Part shown: positions 48,301 to 57,285 of the stretch, in pieces | Layout: every line of letters begins with the position of its first letter | How positions within the stretch are numbered: the stretch's first letter is position 1 | NCBI RefSeq assembly: GCF_964204645.1 | Contig: NC_134034.1 | Location: 3,923,814-3,987,813 of the forward strand | Source of the DNA: Tubulanus polymorphus | Lineage: Eukaryota > Animalia > Nemertea | DNA: 64,000 nt | Reading direction: 5' to 3' | Position numbers and translations under genes: made by a program | The notes under the pieces: model-generated | Told to the model about the DNA's origin: nothing | The model's input: the letters and a program-made list of their open reading frames with translations, nothing else | Databases searched by the model: none

Positions 48301-51300
48301 CTCTCTACATCGCGTCAACACGGATATAGTGTTCTATCAAACGTGTTCGACTCATTACGTCGAATTTCGACATAATGAGTCGAAATTGCGAAAAGTTGGT
48401 CTTGTATGTCATCTTCCGTAGAAAGTGGGATTCTCAATGTTTCGTCACAACACTGGCCAATATTCGGCATTCCTACCGTGGTGTCAAAAAAGATATCCGC
48501 CAACACTAGACTCTTTGACCTCGTCAATTATTAAATAGTTAGTTAGCACTTGGCCTGAAAACCAGGAAAAAATGACGGAAATTCGTAATTCTTTTTCGGG
48601 GCTCGGAAAATTTTGTGTTTGAATCTATGAAAAAGCTATAAGGCAATTTAGAAATGCGGTCTTGATAATTATTTTGTGTGGTTTAGTGTAACTGAAGTCT
48701 AGAATTTTTTTTCATAGACTTTCATTTCTGCCTTCGGGGGCCGGTTTTACGGAGTGGCATTACCTTTAACCATGGGGTTGAATCAATTCATTTTCAATTT
48801 AGTTAGCCCCCACGTTTAAGGTAATACCGGTCTATAAAACCGGGTCCTTGAGTTCTACGCTCATACCTCATTTGCTAGCTAGGAAATTTCGATATTTGGC
48901 CCCGGAAAAGGCATGGAAAAAGTACGGAAAATCAAAGGCTGCAAATAGTACAAACTCTATATTAATCTCAAGCTGGTCTCTATGGGTTCTTGTTATGAGG
49001 TTGTAGGGTATTTCATGGAGATGGACGATTATGTGGGAATACCCCCGATTAAAACGCAGGGGTTCGTCTGAAATATGCGTCATCCACTAATAAGATAAAA
49101 ACCCACTATTTACAGATCTCACCCTAGAGATCATCGTCAGGTGTGACGATGATCTCTAGGGTGAGATCGAAACGTCGTGTCTTATATATATTTTAGATTG
49201 AATAAATAAATTCTTGTTTTTAAATTCTTTTAATCTGTAAATAGTGGGTTTTTATCTTATTATCCGTTCACCACGTTTGAGTGTGGTTATCGTACTATCA
49301 TCCACTAATCTGTCTACATTTGAATATCTACTTATTCATGAATCTGATCGGCTTTTGCCTTCTCCGTTCATTGAGTAATCACTAAAGCGATCTAAAATAT
49401 TCGTATATGTATGTTGATGGCGGTTTTACTCCCAAGTAGAGCAGGCAGTCCGTGTTCAGAATAAGTCTCTCCAGGCTGAGATATTGGGGGGGGGGGCTCA
49501 TTGTAAACGGCGATGAATTCGCCGCCTACCGGGGTACGGGGAATGGAAGTCCTATCTCCTTATATAGATCAGGGGTCGGTTGCTCAGAAGTTGGTTATCT
49601 CCTAACATGTCATTAGGAACTTTAAAGACATGCTAAGTTTATCGACTCATTAATGTTAACAAACTTTTGAGCAACCGGCCCTAGAGGATTCCATGCGTAG
49701 AACAGTAGTAGATAATTATAGTAATTTAGAATAGAGGTGAATGAGTTAACGTAGAATGTGCCACACCATATATACTTCGTAGTTTATCGCACCTGCATGT
49801 AATTATACACCATCGCTAGCAAAGATGACCGACATTCATTGATTGTTGACCGAGGGGTTAGATAGATCTCAAAGATCAACTTATTCAACTCGAAAAGTTC
49901 GATTGTCTTCCAGTATTCACGAACAACTACAGCCGGTTTCATAATTCCAATTTCGATTCTCAATTCTGGAGTCTCAAAAATGAACTAATTTCACTCTCAG
50001 GTCAAGACTTTACAAGGACTGTGAAACTGGGGCCTGGGTTTTCGGTTTTGGAAACAAATTTTCGAATTCGCATTCAGCGGATTATGCGGAATGTCGGCCA
50101 TATTTACAAGAATCAGGTTGATTTCATTGTACGCATACGCACACGCGCATTCTAATAACGCTCCACTTGCTTTTTCACCTCGACAGAAGATGGCAGCACC
50201 GACGAAACGCTTCGCTACCCGCAAACCGTCGCCGTCGAGACCGCCGACATCCAGATCGAGCGCCAGGACCGGGTCGATGCGGCGCTGCCCGCGTATCTCA
50301 CCGAGGTCAAGGTGACGAAATCGAGGACGAAATTCGATGCCGTTGATGCGGACGACGAAACGAACGACGAAATCGACGAAGTTAATTCGGCGTTCGAAGA
50401 CGTGATCGCCGAAGCTGAAAATCTGCTCCTTAACAACGACGCATCGCGAACGGCTAGCAATATTAGCGCTGATACACTAGAGCCAGGTACCACAAACACC
50501 CCCCTAACCCCCTCACCTCACAGAGCTGTCTATCTCTATCCTGTCCTGTGGCATGGTGGATAAGGTGTTTGACTCTCAACCGAGAGGTCGTGGGTTCGAA
50601 TCCTTGTGAAACCATGTTATTCAGGTAGGACACATATCAGTGCTCGTCGACTCACTGATTTAACAACAAAAGTCCGTACCTGGCAAAAATCTTCAACATG
50701 ATGAAGTTGGCCAGTAATAGGTAAAACTAGAACTATCTCTTATAGGCCGACGCACAGCTTTCTTATACGATATGTGTTGTTAATAGACGCGTCGGCAATA
50801 CAGGTTATAGGCCTAACGTTCGTTACCGGAAGTAGGTATCAGTTTTCGCGTCAGCCAACTACATTTCAATGAAAATCCGTCGGTTCAAGTTCCCAGTAAG
50901 CATTTTCTCAAAAAATTGGGAAATCTTGGAAAAGGCGAGTGCGTGTATAATCTCTGAGAAAATGCTTACTGAAAGTTTGTAGCGACATTTTCATTGGATT
51001 GTAATTGACAGACGTGAAAATTGATATATTGGCCTATAACCTGTATTGCTGTTCATGGTTCATGTCAACTGTTTCTATTTACCGCGCACAGTTGAAAAAG
51101 TACGAACTGTTGTAAACCTCTCCTGTGACTCCGCTCAACAGGGACCGTCATTAAGAACGTGTGCGAAAAAGAGGACTTTTTTTCAAGGTCCTACCTTGCG
51201 TATGCGCATCGTACTATATTGCCGAGGACCTCCTACCTTACATACAAAATGATTGATCGTCTAGTATAAAACATAAACAAACACCTAATGTCTATTTCAA

Positions 51301-54300
51301 CCTGACTTGAGAGCATTCCTGGTGGCCTAGCACAGTCAGTTTCGGTAGTGCATACCTGATAGAAGTCTTATTAGGAACAGAATGGATTGGCAGCTGACCT
51401 AAAATATCGTATTTTAATCCACTTTAAACTGCATTGAAGGATATCCACAAAATCTGCATTAAGAGGGGTTCCTGAGAGAAAAGAGACTCCATGATTTGAA
51501 AGTTTAACAATATGTCTCCATGCCTACCAACTGCAGTTTGGAACGTAGGCATGGAAACATATTGTTAAACTTTCAAATCATGGAGTCACTTCTCTTCATT
51601 TAACCCCTTTCAGTGAAGACTTTTTGGATATCCTTCAAAAAACAGTTTCAAATAGATTAAAAAATGATGATTTAGGTCAACTGCCTGTCCTTTCTGGTCC
51701 TATAAAGACCTTTATCAGGTATGTACTACCAAAAATTAGCGAGCTAGGCCACCAGGAATGCTCTCAAGTCAGGTTGAAATAGACATTAGTAGTCTACTGG
51801 TCAGCTGAACTGTTTCCTCCAAATTGAATGCCGTTACTAAGGATCCGTAGAAAGGACCCTTTCTGTCCTCGATGTTTCACAAATTTCACTGCGCATTGCA
51901 GCACGCAAATGTACCATAAGCCTAACAAAAAATCTAACATCTATTTCGAGTGTTGAATCTTTGTTCATTATTTTTTCAAATTTTAATCTAGTCCTGAATA
52001 TGAAAATAAATCGAAATTCTTTCCATCTTTTATTGGTAGATTACGAACCGACTACGGAGATGGGAAAATTCGTCAAACAAATGAGCTTCGAAATGAGTTC
52101 GCCGCCATCCGATAGGGGGCAGCACGAAACCGAGTCCGACGATGACGAAATACATTCGCATTACTCCGACACAGGATCGTTAACGATTATCAAACAAGTC
52201 GACAGTCGTCACGGCGATATAAACGGAAACGTCGAGCCGCCGGAATCGGCGGCCATGTTGCGACGCAAATCGAGCGTCATAATCGACGACTCGATTTACG
52301 ACACGGCCGACTTACCGGCGCCACCTGTAACAAGCGGATCGTTCATCGAAGTCGGACAGACGGAGTTTCCGCCGCCACCCGAATTCGTCACCGACGGCTT
52401 TGAGATGCCAGCGGACAACGACGGCTGGATCGAGATACCCGGCGGGGAGGACGATGACCACGACGACGAAACGTTCGACGCAGACGTTCGTTTCCGTCCG
52501 GTCGTCGCGGCCGACGAGGCAGATGTCGAAATTCACGAGAAGAATTTGAAAACGACGCGAATTCGAATCGATTCCCAGCGTCTCGTGTCGGTTACTCCGG
52601 AACCGATACCAGTCGGTGAAACTCCGGTCGTCGCCGATTCGTCGTCATCGTACGACGCGGTCGACGCTGATATACGTCTCGAAATCGAGATTTCCGCCGA
52701 AGCGTCGCCAGGCAACTCACCAGTTGTCTCAACGGAGGTAGGAAGTGCGTTGCTAGGCAAGACAGCAGACGCCGCCGCAGATGAAGATGATCGGCGGAAT
52801 CCCGAATCGGAAGTCGTCCAGTATTTCGAGGAGGAGGTCGTTTATCACGATACGATACCCGATTATTTGATGCCCAGTTACCTGGCCGCCCAGCAGGCCC
52901 GCGCCCGACAAGAGAGTCCCGCGGTTGAAACTACTCCCACGCCACCACCGACTCCACCTATCGTCAAAAGCGAAAGTTACTCGACTCGTACGGTGGTTAC
53001 GGAGAAACCGCCTGTAGCGCCGCCATCAATGCAATCGGTTAAATCCGAACTGGAAGAAAAGTTGAAGAGCAAACTGAATTCGAACCGCAAAGTTCCCGCG
53101 GCGCCAAAACCCGCGACAACGGCCGCGTTAGAATTCCGTCCTCGCAACGAAAGCGAAACCGATATTGTCATGGAGGATAAATCAATATCGCAGATCAACA
53201 TGCCGGCTCGACGAACGGAGAATTACGTCGCGTCGGCCGCAATGAAAAAATCCGAAGACGTCGAAAACGTGAAATTGCGCGAGAAAAAATCGATCGCCGC
53301 CGATTCGGTTATGGTTCAGAAAGCGCCGCGAGTCGCGTCTTTAGAAGCCGACGACAACGTCGTGTTGAAAGAGACAGCAAAATCGGCGTCGCCGCTGCTC
53401 GTCGCAAAGAGAAACTCTGGCAACACGGAGAGCGCGACCGTCGAACGCAACGTGCATCGAACATCCAGTCAAACGGAGGGATACCGCGCGAGTACGTTCG
53501 CGCTCGAGGCTCCCGAAGCGAAGGACAAACAGTTGAAGTCGCAATTCAGCGAACTGCGCGATAAATTCGCGAATTTGCAAAAACAATTTCAGTCGAATCA
53601 GGACTTTTTGCTGCGACGGCCGGCGGCCGCGTCCGGCTCGGTTACGGCCGATGCGGGAACGTTTAAAAAACCGCCGCTCGGTCGCGTGATCGATACGCCC
53701 CCTAGTGAGCGTCCGCCGTCGTTTGTTCCGCCGCCTCCACCCGTGGCAGCGGCGGCGCCGGCGAGGCAACCGGCGACGACATCGGTCAAATTAGAACCGC
53801 GCGAGGAGTTGATGCTGTCAATTCGCGGCGTCGGAGGTCGCCAGGCCCTGCGTCCGGTGAGTCAATCGAAAAATATCGTCGGACAATTCAGAATCGATTG
53901 AAAACGAATCATTTTTTAAAAAAACGTGCGCGCGACAACCAAAAATAGATAAACAGTAAGCCCTTTATACGACTTAGCATGACGTGTGCAACGTTTCTAA
54001 TAACCTCACTTATCACTCCGATTCTAATATACGTAATAACTCGAGAAATATTTGGCTCATTTGAAATTAACCTAATTAACCGATAATAACCAATTAGTTA
54101 GAGTTCGTTCTAATTAACCATAAATAGTATATACCGATAACTGCACGTCATCACTCTCTGACATTGCCGTAGTTAGTTTAACCTCAGCGCTTGCATGATT
54201 AGTTTCTAGTTTCTAGCCTATCAAGCCCCCTACCGTCGGTGGCTTTTTGCTACCGGTGGATGTTCGGGAATTAGTCGAAAAATGTAAATTCTGCCTAAGT

Positions 54301-55457
54301 TGATATTATTCCATTTTGAAAATGTTTATTCCGATAACGCTCTTGCGCTACGTAGTATCACAGTTGTGGGCGTTGATTGAATTTGACTCTTCGACCCAGT
54401 TCGGCAGTTCTCTCTGACTCTAGGGTTGACACGTTCAAAATGAACCAATTCTAACTTAACCCTTTCAGTGTGTCTACACCGCAATGCGGTGTATAAATCA
54501 GTGATAGATATTGCTAGTACACTGCACAGCGGTGTATTGATGTTATTAGTAATTACCTCTCTTGAAAAATGGCAGCACCTGTCAAACATAGTGAAATACT
54601 AGTAACTAGGGATACACTGCGCCGCGGTGTAGACACACTAAAGGGGTATTCCCGTTATTCAACACATTTTTAGAAATTTTCAAATTATCTCCAGCCTATG
54701 GGGTATTAATTAGTCAGCACTGAAAGGGTTAAGAGCCAGATTTACCTGCGGAACTGGATCCTGTGTGATTTGTTGATAATCCATGCTCGTCTGTGGAACT
54801 GTTCAGATTAATCATACAGCGCACTCAATCCAAGCTTAATCCGGTTCAGTTTAATCTGGATTTTGATCCAATCCAAATACTATGAACCGTAAATGTTTGT
54901 AAAATATGATTGAAACTTGACTTACTTCATCAGAACCATATGATCCGGATTAAGCAGTAGGGATCGACTGTTTTTGAAAATTTGCCACCAAGTATAGTAA
55001 ATCCCACTGTTTTTGAAAACTTTCCACTAAGTATAGTATCTGGTACTGCGGTTCCTGGACTTAAAACAATGCGATGAACAAATCATTGTTCATCGCATGA
55101 TCTTATCTTGTGTTTTGAAAGCTAATTCTCTGGGTATTGAGGTTGTTTTTTTTCTAATTTAAAAACAATATCTGTTAGATTTTCATTCACAAAATTATGG
55201 ACCATCATTCACAAACTCCTTCACCAAATCCATACGAAGGGAAAGTTTCGACATAGAGAACTTGTTCATATTTTATGTTATGATCCTCGCTTGCCAGGCA
55301 AGCAAGGATGATGAAAAGGTTGGTTGTTGATGCCTATGATATAGAGATCGATTTCTTATTTATTTTCTCTTAATCGTTTCAGGTTAGTATTGGAGAAACA
55401 AGATGGTCGACATTGAACTACCAGTATCCGTCTGCTATGGATAAAAATGGTTCATGA
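18383..55457 (+). CDS. COBL: Cordon-bleu (COBL/COBLL1)-like WH2 actin regulator, about 1329 aa, spliced. Coding exons: 18383-18390, 27111-27287, 32528-32753, 34617-34839, 36148-36326, 39491-39763, 40811-40990, 41892-42195, 44433-44660, 50187-50486, 52040-53856, 55383-55457
   Basis: Phase-consistent GT-AG chain from CACCATGG to TGA. Cobl-type ubiquitin-like repeats (IQVVLPSG...VPVMDLFVQL...SPSNH...FRPNQTI; RLIIGLPGDKQMVLRVS...KTLKYYNITEL), KRAP-type motifs (KAKAPPRP, KKKSAPAPP, KKRRAPTPP) and a C-terminal WH2 (PREELMLSIRGVGGRQALRPV). Extra or alternative exons are possible. Confidence 0.85.
18857..19070 (-). repeat. 75-79 bp satellite array (reverse)
   Basis: TAGCGACACCTGGTGGATCCTCACTTG units. 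Confidence 0.85.
20036..20323. mobile_element. piggyBac-type MITE family A, copy 4 (a)
   Basis: Family sequence; TTAA/CTAA flanks. Confidence 0.86.
21120..21640 (-). mobile_element. CR1-group (Crack/Daphne-like) LINE 3' end
   Basis: RT C-terminal peptide LLPDLFEDFF...IKIQGAKYWNNLPSELK...FRYSLR*, 3'UTR, AATAAA plus (AAATC)n tail. Confidence 0.8.
22389..22891. repeat. 28-bp tandem repeat, about 18 units
   Basis: Unit GTCTGAACCCTCCTCACTCTCCACGCGT. Confidence 0.97.
23058..23230. mobile_element. Tc1/mariner (pogo-like) MITE
   Basis: TA-CAGTGGAACCTCGTTA...TAACGAGGTTCCACTG. Confidence 0.78.
23627..23905. mobile_element. hAT-like MITE (CAGTGGCKGATCCAGG type); degenerate relatives at ~7983-8243, 30660-30879, 42759-43018 and 46066-46314
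   Basis: CAGTGGCTGATCCAGG...CCTGGATCCGCTGCTG. Confidence 0.6.
25865..26570 (+). repeat. 75-79 bp satellite array with an internal ~185-bp duplication
   Basis: About 9 CCACCAGGTGTC-type units. Confidence 0.9.
26648..26981. mobile_element. Palindromic MITE with TATGG termini
   Basis: ~70-bp TIRs TATGGTGGCTGATT...AATCAGCCACCATA; internal CGCGCAGAAACG repeats. Confidence 0.8.
27111..27287 (+). CDS. COBL: COBL-like exon (KAKAPPRP...IQVVLPSGDVQKHIVDK); absent from the ORF track
   Basis: ttttgcag| acceptor and |GTATGT donor; resembles the Cobl N-terminus. Confidence 0.88.
28225..28740. repeat. 75-79 bp satellite: forward block (28225-28500) then reverse block (28580-28740)
   Basis: Same unit in both orientations. 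Confidence 0.85.
29651..29790. mobile_element. Old degenerate Penelope-like inverted remnant (same family as 48078); further fragment at ~63082-63117
   Basis: Imperfect palindrome around TTATTCCTAGGATGACT...AGTCGAAATGTTGAATAAA. Confidence 0.55.
29820..30130. mobile_element. Harbinger-type MITE
   Basis: ATA-AGCCGCGATCACACG...CGTGTGATCGCGGCT-ATA. Confidence 0.8.
31796..31908. mobile_element. Palindromic MITE (GGGCTGGTTTTATAGAC); relative at ~48737-48847
   Basis: Self-complementary ends. Confidence 0.65.
32085..32310. repeat. ~35-bp tandem repeat related to a MITE terminus; degenerate arrays at ~27730-27940 and ~31590-31790
   Basis: Unit GGGGTTAAAGGTAAAACTGGTCTATAAAACCAGCCC. Confidence 0.88.
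32528..32753 (+). CDS. COBL: COBL-like exon (ubiquitin-like fold 1)
   Basis: VPVMDLFVQLAAANKISPSNH...; donor GAG|GTACGT. Confidence 0.9.
32807..33087. mobile_element. piggyBac-type MITE family A, copy 5 (b)
   Basis: Family sequence. Confidence 0.86.
33170..33457. mobile_element. piggyBac-type MITE family A, copy 6 (b)
   Basis: Family sequence; TTAA on both sides. Confidence 0.88.
33920..34505 (-). repeat. 75-79 bp satellite array with a 158-bp dimeric higher-order period
   Basis: A-type units start at 33925, 34083 and 34241. Confidence 0.9.
34617..34839 (+). CDS. COBL: COBL-like exon (ubiquitin-like fold 2)
   Basis: LTHRLIIGLPG...NITELVVVNNG; donor G|GTAAGT. Confidence 0.88.
35230..35394. 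mobile_element. PIF/Harbinger-type MITE; single end also at ~7650
   Basis: GGGGATCATTCATTTATTACGTACGCA...TGCGTACGTAATAAATGAATGACCCC. Confidence 0.78.
36148..36326 (+). CDS. COBL: COBL-like exon (KKKRGFFNFGRSK)
   Basis: Phase 1/0; the KxGFFxFF-like motif resembles the one in Cobl. Confidence 0.86.
36521..36728. mobile_element. MITE nested inside a possible hAT-like element (36451-37249)
   Basis: TAAATCCAAGTCCCACAATC...GATTGTGGAACTTGGATTTA; outer AAGCCCGTAGCCAGG...CCTGGCTATGGGCTT. Confidence 0.65.
36875..37109 (-). mobile_element. tRNA-derived SINE
   Basis: TAGCTCAGTTGG A box, GTTCGAAAC B box, tail GGGACGTAAAAC...(AAACT)n. Confidence 0.7.
37973..38260. mobile_element. piggyBac-type MITE family A, copy 7 (a), with an extra inverted end fragment at 37799-37854
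   Basis: Family sequence. Confidence 0.86.
38314..38440. mobile_element. Harbinger-type MITE (GGGCCRGTTGCAC subfamily); relatives at 1-30, ~612-752 and ~58175-58323
   Basis: Terminal inverted repeats with CWG flanks and a shared interior. Confidence 0.72.
38569..39356. mobile_element. Possible longer piggyBac-type element with family-A-like termini
   Basis: TTAA-CTCTTTCAGTG...CACTGAAAGGG-TTAA around an unrelated interior. Confidence 0.5.
39491..39763 (+). CDS. COBL: COBL-like exon (SAPSSP...KKKKSAPAPP); in-frame alternative acceptor at 39524
   Basis: Open frame, GC-rich, donor CAG|GTAAAA. Confidence 0.82.
39883..40163. mobile_element. piggyBac-type MITE family A, copy 8 (a)
   Basis: Family sequence. 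Confidence 0.86.
40408..40642. mobile_element. Penelope-like remnant with degenerate hammerhead
   Basis: 11-bp TSD GGTTTGTTACT (40397 and 40643); ~62-bp inverted arms; ~35-nt tail. Confidence 0.68.
40811..40990 (+). CDS. COBL: COBL-like exon (MKAKSMSNL...)
   Basis: ttatag| acceptor and CAG|GTATAT donor; 180 nt. Confidence 0.82.
40997..41404. mobile_element. Harbinger-type MITE starting 6 nt into an intron
   Basis: AGCTGCGTTCAC...GTGAACGCAGCT. Confidence 0.78.
41892..42195 (+). CDS. COBL: COBL-like exon (KKRRAPTPP, poly-Pro)
   Basis: tttcag| acceptor and G|GTTCGT donor. Confidence 0.87.
43093..43372. mobile_element. piggyBac-type MITE family A, copy 9 (b)
   Basis: Family sequence; TTAA on both sides. 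Confidence 0.88.
44433..44660 (+). CDS. COBL: COBL-like exon (Pro-rich; alternative same-phase donors at 44561 and 44654)
   Basis: tttttcag|AA acceptor, phase 1; donor G|GTAGGC. Confidence 0.78.
47281..47321. repeat. (CCCTCT)n microsatellite
   Basis: Direct reading. Confidence 0.9.
48078..48345. mobile_element. Penelope-like retroelement remnant: 110-bp inverted arms plus tail
   Basis: Arms 48078-48187 and 48201-48310 (1 mismatch seen), hammerhead motif, ~35-nt tail, ~15-bp flanking duplication. Confidence 0.75.
48204..48249 (+). ncRNA. Minimal type I hammerhead ribozyme motif (identical copy on the minus strand, 48139-48184)
   Basis: TTATTC-CTGAAGA-T-GACTA(ttaggata)TAGTC-GAAA-CGT-T-GAATAA: stem I, core, stem II, palindromic ACGU helix III. 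Confidence 0.7.
49092..49297. mobile_element. Penelope-like remnant with split hammerhead motif
   Basis: 12-bp TSD TCATCCACTAAT (49080 and 49298); inverted segments; TGACGA-T-GATCTC..GAGATC-GAAACGTC. Confidence 0.72.
50187..50486 (+). CDS. COBL: COBL-like exon (acidic)
   Basis: cgacag| acceptor and G|GTACCA donor; open 300 nt, phase 1/1. Confidence 0.82.
50544..50720 (+). mobile_element. tRNA-derived SINE head
   Basis: TGGCATGGTGG A box and GGTTCGAATCC B box; no clean acceptor stem. Confidence 0.55.
50795..51049. mobile_element. Palindromic MITE
   Basis: GCAATACAGGTTATAGGCC...GGCCTATAACCTGTATTGC. Confidence 0.72.
51288..51786. mobile_element. Foldback MITE with TA flanks, copy 2
   Basis: Same family; outer ~40 bp almost perfectly inverted. 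Confidence 0.85.
52040..53856 (+). CDS. COBL: COBL-like large exon (disordered region, coiled coil, WH2)
   Basis: Lies within the 646-aa ORF; ggtag|AT acceptor and CCG|GTGAGT donor. Confidence 0.9.
54460..54728. mobile_element. piggyBac-type MITE family A, copy 10 (a)
   Basis: Family sequence; TTAA on both sides. Confidence 0.86.
55383..55457 (+). CDS. COBL: COBL-like terminal coding exon (VSIGETRW...NGS*)
   Basis: tcgtttcag| acceptor, phase 0; completes the WH2 LRPV motif. Confidence 0.7.
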   Translation, partial: VSIGETRWSTLNYQYPSAMDKNGS

Positions 55458-56114
55458 ACTTTGCGTTTACCGGGCAATTTCGTAAATATTTTAACATTGA
55501 GTACAATCATCTAGATTCCGTAGTAGCTGATATTTATAGAAAGACTGTGCATCTTTTAGACCAGTCCAGACAGGATTGCTGTAGAACCAAATAGAGCTCA
55601 CACTGCTCCTTTGAGTTTAAAGAAGTTATCGGCTATAGAACCATAATGAGCTTTAACTGGGCTTGAGTTGTCTGATTGACTGTAGAAATTAGCTTTGACA
55701 GGTCTTCGCAATTCAACCGAAATGAGCTTAGGCCGGCTTTAAGTTGTCTGATTGGTTACAGGACAAAATAGACTGGCCTGAAGCGTTAGAACGAAGTCTT
55801 TGATTGTTTCGAGACTGGTCTTTGTTTGTTTGATTGGCCATATTCTACAAAGATGAGCTTAGACTGGCCGTAGAACTACGATGTAGACCAGCTTCCTGAC
55901 CGAAGTTATGACATTTATCAACTGAGATCATATATATGGACAGACAAAGAGCTCTATATGGTCAATTTAGCAGGCCTCGGCGTTTGTGAGATTTTTACCC
56001 GCTTTTGGAGCTGAATTTTTGCTGCTAAGAATTTATTGTGATAAATGAAATTTCATATTGGACAGAAAAACGTGTACAAAACCATGTATTATATTTGTTG
56101 ATATATTGTTATTA

Positions 56115-56116
<2 letters not shown>

Positions 56117-56148
<32 letters not shown>
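56117..56148. repeat. (TTA)n microsatellite in the probable COBL-like 3'UTR
   Basis: Direct reading. Confidence 0.9.
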
Positions 56149-56997
56149 GTCATCATATTTGTAATCATTGATATTGTCAAATGTACGTACATGCGTTTGA
56201 AGATTGTCGCGTGAAATTTGATTCGATGATATTACTTAGAATAGGAGAGATTAATTGATATTATAATCATGGTAAAATGGCTTGAGATCATTCAGAGATA
56301 TTTATTCGTATTATTATAACTTTTTTAATGTATTATATTGTGAAGTGATGAATATTAGGCCTGCATATATTGTATGCGAATCACTTACATTGTCCAACCG
56401 TCCGTCCTACCATCTCTTACCCAGCGTTGCTATTGGTTGCTGAATTTTTAACCTACAAACCTGGAGTAATGGGGAATTTTCAATGCCTCCGTGGCAATCA
56501 GGGATTTAACTCGTAGCAAGCGAGGATCCACCAGTTGTCGCCAGTTGTTACTAGTATACTTCAGTTTCTTCGACATTACCATTAGAATTCAATCAACGTT
56601 TCGAGTATAGAATTGAACGTATTTTGACGGAGTAAAATAATATGCTTTTATTACTCTTCTATCATTTCCACGGTATGTGCCAGCGGGAAATATATAATTT
56701 TATTGACGAATATACACGGAAAGAGAAAAATAAAAACTTTGCGATGTTTTTAACATCGCAAGGTTATATGCAAACTGGGTGCTAGTTACGCCATCTGGTG
56801 CGATAGCTGGTTCGCCTGTAATTAGAATCCACCTTTTTTGTACTGCGATTCAGTTCGTTTAGAAGACAAGGGTGCTAATTTGTGGTTGTTTATGCGCATA
56901 TGTATGAAACAATTTTCAATTCTCAATAACCAGAAATGAACTACATTCTGGATCCAGTTCCGCAGTGTTCTTTAGTTGAAATTTACCCTATACATAA

Positions 56998-57285
56998 CCC
57001 TTTCAGTGCTGACTAATTGATACCCCATAGTGCTGGAGATAGTTTGAAGATTTTGAAAAATACTGACCTAGTGTGTTGAATAACGAGAATACCAATATAG
57101 TGCGTCTACACCGCAGTGCAGTGTATTGTTAGTTACTAATATTTCACAATGTTTGGCAGGTGCTGCCATATTTCAATAGAGATAAAAACTAATCACTAAT
57201 TACACCAATACACCGCAGTGAGGTGTACTAGAAAAATCCATCACCGATTTATACACCGCACTGCGGTGTAGACGCACTGAAAGGG
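56998..57285. mobile_element. piggyBac-type MITE family A, copy 11 (b)
   Basis: Family sequence. Confidence 0.86.

Larger units (their letters stand above)
48004..48420. mobile_element. MITE with TACGGAAG termini, interrupted by a Penelope-like insertion
   Basis: TACGGAAG..TGACATACAAGA / TCTTGTATGTCA..CTTCCGTA. Confidence 0.7.

Noticed and set aside
50544-50615. tRNA gene (also 37040-37109 on the minus strand)
   Set aside because: A/B boxes are present, but there is no convincing acceptor stem and SINE-like bodies follow
51961-52039. N-terminus of the 646-aa ORF as a standalone gene start
   Set aside because: AT-rich intronic sequence upstream of a phase-matching acceptor at 52040
52312-53789. 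Several minus-strand ORFs
   Set aside because: Antisense shadows of the GC-rich COBL-like exon
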